Assembly: GCA_965243025.1 (NCBI GenBank)
Contig: CBDETY010000003.1
Location: 416,001-480,000 of the forward strand
Length of the DNA stretch: 64,000 nucleotides
Reading direction: 5' to 3'
From: Candidatus Latescibacterota bacterium
Lineage (GTDB): Bacteria; Latescibacterota; UBA2968; UBA8231
In this document: in pieces, positions 59,402-64,000 of the stretch
How the letters are laid out: every line of letters begins with the position of its first letter
How positions within the stretch are numbered: the stretch's first letter is position 1
Notes under the pieces: model-generated
The model's database searches: none
What the model was told of the DNA's origin: nothing
The model's input: the letters and a program-made list of their open reading frames with translations, nothing else
Program-made: the position numbers and the translations under genes

Positions 59402-62076
59402 TGGGCAGGCTGCTGGCATTCCTGGCCGCGGCCGGCGCCGCCGCGCAGCTCTGCTGGGCCCAGTACCCCGGCGCCGTTCCCGGGGCGACTCCCACGGCCC
59501 TGCCCCGGGGCGTGGCCCCCTCCTTCGGCATGGAGGACGTGACCCCGGAGATCCACAAGAACTACGTCCCCGTCCACCTGCCCGAGTACCACCGCTATCC
59601 CTGGTTCGCCGCCGACCAGAGCTTCGCGACCGACTTCTTCAAGCGCTACCTCGACCGCCGGCTCGAGGGGGACGAGTGGTACGATTCCTTCGGCAACCAC
59701 CTCGGCCGCGGCTGGCTGGTCTACTCCTGGGAGCAGCGGCAGTCCCTGCGCAACGGCAGTTTCCTGCGCAAGAGGCCCGCCGACCCGAGAGCCACCAACA
59801 TGTACGGCAGCGTCTTCCAGAGCCTCGTCATCTCCTCGGACGTGCAAGGGCAGCACCAGTTCAGCCTGATGATCGGCGACCAGATCTCCACCCACCTGAC
59901 GCCGCTGACCTTCAACAAGCCCCGCTTCAACGGCCTGCGTCTCGAGGCAGCCTCCGACCGCCACCGGTCTACCCTGCTGCTGTCGCGCCCCAGCAGCCCG
60001 GACCAGGCGCGGCGCAGCAACTCGACGCACCTGTTCGGCGGCCATACGTCGTTCCAGCTCCACGACGCGGTCGCCATGGGGGTCACCTACGTCAACGCCC
60101 ACAACGCCCAGACGCAGGTCGACTTCAACGTCGGCAACCCGCTGCACGGGGCGCTGACGACGAAGCAGAACCAGCCGCTGAAGAAGGTGTGGGTGCGCCT
60201 GCGGGACGACTCCCCCGAGGACGGAATCGGCGGGGCTTCGCTGTTCCGCCACGAGATCATCCTCGTCGACCAGTCGGGGCGCGTGCACCGGGGCCGCGAC
60301 ATCGGGCTGCTGCCGAAGATCCGGGGCGGGGTGCTCCGGGAAGGGGCGATCGCCGCCGACGGCAGCGAGGCCGCGGTGCTGGAGTACGACCTCTCCTCCC
60401 TCGGCGAGGAGCACGGGATGGAGTCGCTCGACCTGCAGCGCGTCAGCTTCGAGCTGGCGGTGGCCGACGACTACCGCGTCGAGATGGCCTCGGACCTGCA
60501 GACCGACGGCGAGGTCCGCAACGCCGAGCCGGTCTTCACCACCGTAGCCCGCGCCCGCGGCAACGTCCGCGACAACAGCAACAGCAGGGTGCTGAAGCTC
60601 GACTACCTGCTGCCGACCGGTAACGAGCTGATCGGCGTCGACTTCAACGTCGTCGACGCCGGCGGCCTGTCGCTGCAGGGGGAGGCGGTGCTGAACCGGC
60701 ACCACGGCAAGTACCCCAACCTCGAGGAGGGGCTCCAGCACCACGCCGCCCGCAAGGCCCGCGCCGGCTACGCCCAGGTCGCCTACCAGCGCTTCCCGTG
60801 GAAGCTGTACGCCGAGCTGTTCTCGATCGACGACGCCTACGCCACCTCCTACTGGCTGACGCAATCGGACGGCACCATCCGCTTCAAGGCGCGCATTGCC
60901 GACCTCTACGAGTTCGTAGACGACGACGACGACTTCAACGCCGTCCCGGAATGGGAGCGGCCCTTCCAGCGCTCGACGCGGGAGGTCGCCTGGCCGGGGT
61001 ACGACGAGAACGGCGACTTCATCTACGACCACAACCAGAACGCCAACCTGTTCCCCGACTACGACGAGCCGTTCCTGCGCTACCGGTCGGACCGCCCCGA
61101 GTTCCTCTTCGGCACCGACATGAACCACAACGGCACCATCGACCGGTTCGAGAACGACCGCCTCCCGGACTATCCCTACCGCCGCGACCACCGCGGCTAC
61201 AACATCTACCTGAAGGTGCGGGCCGGCGGCGGCGGCAGTCTCCTGGCCGGGCGCCAGAACAGCGGCCTGATCTCCGGCGACGGGCGCACCCGGGCGCTCT
61301 ACGGGATGGCGACCTGGAAGCGGGAGCTGTCCGGGTTCGGGCAGGTGCGGGTCTTCGACTTCGGCGCCCTGGTCCGGGACGACATCCCCGACGACCTGCA
61401 GCGGTGGGTGCAGCCGGCAGGAGCCATCGGCCGCATGCAGGACGTCGAGGACCCGCTGGCCTCGCGCAACACCTGGAAGAACTCCTTCTACGCCGACCTC
61501 AGCCACCGCCTCGCCGAGGACCTGCGCATGCTGCACCGCTTCAAGTGGGACGTCGCCGTCCAGCGCGACGGGGACGAGGCCCTTTCGAGCCGGCTGGCCC
61601 GCAGACGGTCGGGGTTCGTCGGCCTCATCGACAAGGCGGAGTGGTCGCTGCCGGTCGGCCTCGGGTTCTTCGAGCCGCGCTGGAAGAGCGAGCTGCGCTT
61701 CGACCGCCCCTACCTCGCACGCCGGGAGAAGGCGGCCAGCGTCGAGGAGACCGTCTTCCTGACCTGGTCGCAGCCGCTGCTGGCCGAGCAGTCGCGGGCC
61801 TCGTACTTCGCCCGCTACGGCCGGCAGATCTTCGACACCCGGCTGCAGGTCGGCCTCGAGCTGTCGAAGCTGTGGATGCTCAAGGGGAAGCGGGCCGAGA
61901 TCGACCAGAACCTGCGCACCTGGACGGTGGTCGTGCAGCTGACCAACCAGGTCGCCTACCAGGGGTACCGGATCGTGACGCGCACCGGAATGCAGTGGAC
62001 GCGGCGGGCCTTCGAGTTCGGGCACCGCGAGCGGGCGAACCTGATGTTCTTCACCGTCAACGCGGGGCTGGAGTGA
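59401..62076 (+). CDS. Large secreted protein, possible outer-membrane beta-barrel with Ca-binding loops
   Basis: Signal CWA|Q; DDDDDFN, DENGD, DMNHNGTID motifs; amphipathic strands ending FFTVNAGLE. Confidence 0.55.
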   Translation: MGRLLAFLAAAGAAAQLCWAQYPGAVPGATPTALPRGVAPSFGMEDVTPEIHKNYVPVHLPEYHRYPWFAADQSFATDFFKRYLDRRLEGDEWYDSFGNHLGRGWLVYSWEQRQSLRNGSFLRKRPADPRATNMYGSVFQSLVISSDVQGQHQFSLMIGDQISTHLTPLTFNKPRFNGLRLEAASDRHRSTLLLSRPSSPDQARRSNSTHLFGGHTSFQLHDAVAMGVTYVNAHNAQTQVDFNVGNPLHGALTTKQNQPLKKVWVRLRDDSPEDGIGGASLFRHEIILVDQSGRVHRGRDIGLLPKIRGGVLREGAIAADGSEAAVLEYDLSSLGEEHGMESLDLQRVSFELAVADDYRVEMASDLQTDGEVRNAEPVFTTVARARGNVRDNSNSRVLKLDYLLPTGNELIGVDFNVVDAGGLSLQGEAVLNRHHGKYPNLEEGLQHHAARKARAGYAQVAYQRFPWKLYAELFSIDDAYATSYWLTQSDGTIRFKARIADLYEFVDDDDDFNAVPEWERPFQRSTREVAWPGYDENGDFIYDHNQNANLFPDYDEPFLRYRSDRPEFLFGTDMNHNGTIDRFENDRLPDYPYRRDHRGYNIYLKVRAGGGGSLLAGRQNSGLISGDGRTRALYGMATWKRELSGFGQVRVFDFGALVRDDIPDDLQRWVQPAGAIGRMQDVEDPLASRNTWKNSFYADLSHRLAEDLRMLHRFKWDVAVQRDGDEALSSRLARRRSGFVGLIDKAEWSLPVGLGFFEPRWKSELRFDRPYLARREKAASVEETVFLTWSQPLLAEQSRASYFARYGRQIFDTRLQVGLELSKLWMLKGKRAEIDQNLRTWTVVVQLTNQVAYQGYRIVTRTGMQWTRRAFEFGHRERANLMFFTVNAGLE

Positions 62077-63998
62077 TGGAGCGGCTTTCTCCTGCGGCAA
62101 CCTGGCGGCCGGTCGCGGCGCTGGTATTCCTGGCGCTGTCGGCGGCCTCGGCCGAGGTGCGGACCTTCGTCCTCGGGGGCGGGGAGCACCCCTGGGAAGG
62201 GGGCGGCGACGGCACCGATCCGGTCATCCTGGCGGGCAGCCGCTACAGCCCCACCCTCGACACGACCAACACCCCCGACAACGACATCGAGTTCGCGGCG
62301 CGGCGCGGCTGGGTCAGCCCGACCTTCTTCGACGGCAGCCGCAACATCGCCTCGCTGGTGCTCGATGGGGGCTCGATCACGGCGCCCAACTCCTCGACCT
62401 CGGCGACTGTGCTGCTCAGGGCGCAGCTGGCGGGCACGGTCAACGGCGATCACGAGGTCGCCTTCGAGCGCAAGCCGGTGCCGTTCAACCCGGTGGTGCC
62501 GGCGTTCGGCATCTGGGTCATCCTCGACTTCGGGCAGCGGGTCGGGGTCGAGCGCATCCGCTTCTACCCGCGCAACACCGTGGTAGCCAGTCCCGACCAC
62601 CCCTTCCACAACGACTTCCTGCGCGGCTACGAGGTGTGGCTGAACGAGCGGCTGACGAGCACCATCGAGGGGGCCCCCGACCGCCTCGCGGTGCGGGTGC
62701 ACGACAACGAGGAGCCGGTGGTCGACGTGCCGCTGACCCCGCAGTACGTCCGCCTCATCAAGCTGCGGTCCCTGACCGAGCTGCCGTTCGAGGTCGACGA
62801 GATCGAGGTGTACGGGACCGGGTACCTTCCCGGGGGAACCTACCTGTCGGACCTGATCGACCTCGGCAGCCCGGCTACCATAGGGCGGATCCGCTGGCGC
62901 GAGCAGGTGGTCGGGGAGGAGCTCTTCTCGAACCTGAGCGTCGGCATGCGCTCCGGCCACGACGATACGCCGATCCTGTTTCTGCAGCGCGTACAGAAGG
63001 GCCTTTTCACCGTTTTCATCCCGGTGACGGCGGAGGAGTACTGGGAACTGCCCCGCAACGAGCAGGTGACGCTCCAGGAAGACCTGGAAAACTGGAGCCC
63101 CTGGAAGACGGTGGAGAACCGCGGCCTCAACCCGGCCCCGGCGCCGCGGCGGTTCGTCCGCTTCCGCATGGAGTTCGCCGGGGGCCTCTTCGACACCCGG
63201 CTCGTCGAGCGGCTCGAGTTCGACTACCTGCAGCCCCCGCTCGCCGACACCCTGCGCGCCGAGGTGTACCCGCGGCTGGCCAGGGCGGAGGAGCCGGCGA
63301 CCTTCCGCTACGCCGTGCTCCTGGGCCGCCGGGGCGATATCCACGGGTACGACCGCCTCGAGATCGACAGCAACGCCCCGGTCGAGGATATCCGCAACGT
63401 CCAGGTCGACGGCGTCCCGGTCGAGTTCGAGATCGAGTCCTCGACCCGGGACGGATTCCGCATCAGCCTGCCGCGGATCGACCGCGACGGCTCGCTCCTC
63501 GAGCTGACCTTCGACATCCCGATCTTCCGCTTCGGCACCACCTTCTCCGGGAGGGTTTTCGACAGCCGCTTCCCCACCGTGCCGCAACGGCTCGAGCCGG
63601 GCAACGCCGTCGACTTCGGGCCGGACGACGTCGACGAGCTGTCGAACCTCACCGTCGAGATCCCCAAGGAGCAGATCGGCCGGCTGGTGGGGGAGATCGC
63701 CTTCGACAGCCGCGTCGTCACCCCGAACGGGGACGGCGCCAACGACGAGCTGCGGGTCGGTTTCAACCTGCTGCAGGTGGTCCGGGAGGTGCCTGTCTCC
63801 TTCGAGCTCTACGACCTGTCGGGGCGCTCCGTCGCCTCCCTGGAGGCCGAGCGGGGACTGGGGCCGGCCTCCTTCACCTGGGACGGGCGCACCGCGGACG
63901 GCCTGCGGGTGCTTCCCGGAACCTATGTCTGGGTGCTCCGCGTCGCCGCCGACGCCTTCGAGGAAGCCCACTCAGGCGTTATCGCGGTGGTGTACTGA
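62076..63998 (+). CDS. Large secreted protein, discoidin-like region + FlgD-Ig-like C-terminus
   Basis: Signal ASA|E, LDFGQRVGVERIRFYPR, EIEVYG, TPNGDGAND...WDGR; TGATG coupling on both sides. Confidence 0.72.
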   Translation: MERLSPAATWRPVAALVFLALSAASAEVRTFVLGGGEHPWEGGGDGTDPVILAGSRYSPTLDTTNTPDNDIEFAARRGWVSPTFFDGSRNIASLVLDGGSITAPNSSTSATVLLRAQLAGTVNGDHEVAFERKPVPFNPVVPAFGIWVILDFGQRVGVERIRFYPRNTVVASPDHPFHNDFLRGYEVWLNERLTSTIEGAPDRLAVRVHDNEEPVVDVPLTPQYVRLIKLRSLTELPFEVDEIEVYGTGYLPGGTYLSDLIDLGSPATIGRIRWREQVVGEELFSNLSVGMRSGHDDTPILFLQRVQKGLFTVFIPVTAEEYWELPRNEQVTLQEDLENWSPWKTVENRGLNPAPAPRRFVRFRMEFAGGLFDTRLVERLEFDYLQPPLADTLRAEVYPRLARAEEPATFRYAVLLGRRGDIHGYDRLEIDSNAPVEDIRNVQVDGVPVEFEIESSTRDGFRISLPRIDRDGSLLELTFDIPIFRFGTTFSGRVFDSRFPTVPQRLEPGNAVDFGPDDVDELSNLTVEIPKEQIGRLVGEIAFDSRVVTPNGDGANDELRVGFNLLQVVREVPVSFELYDLSGRSVASLEAERGLGPASFTWDGRTADGLRVLPGTYVWVLRVAADAFEEAHSGVIAVVY

Positions 63999-64000
63999 TG

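Overview
High-GC bacterial window. The gene mix (four PhyH dioxygenases, three enolase-superfamily enzymes, a heparinase II/III, FlgD-Ig-tailed surface proteins, '(S/T)WGxIK' C-terminal tails) suggests a Latescibacterota/Poribacteria-like organism; this is inference only. About 1-40 kb is mostly catabolic genes, a sigma54-controlled MacAB-type ABC exporter with its NtrC/kinase pair, several toxin-antitoxin relics, and msrP. The most notable part is 40.8-54.8 kb, with an outlier copy at 5.3-7.5 kb. It holds a module that has been repeatedly duplicated and decayed. The module comprises a PAS histidine kinase with a NarL-type regulator and arrays of 2-5 GATC-centred 16-bp palindromes (23/24-bp period). 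The arrays always end exactly 20 bp before TGCGATCTT. They are followed by divergent secreted CBM9/DOMON-like paralogs ending in 'AVESVSWGRIKASL', and by TolB-like partners. Orphan copies of the tail sit at several junctions. The predicted mature CBM9-like, TolB-like and Cys-rich peptide products begin with His1. A defensin-like peptide and a TIMP-like protein are embedded as cargo. 54.9-64 kb is a translationally coupled operon of large secreted proteins. I found no rRNA, tRNA, CRISPR array, integrase, transposase or reverse transcriptase.
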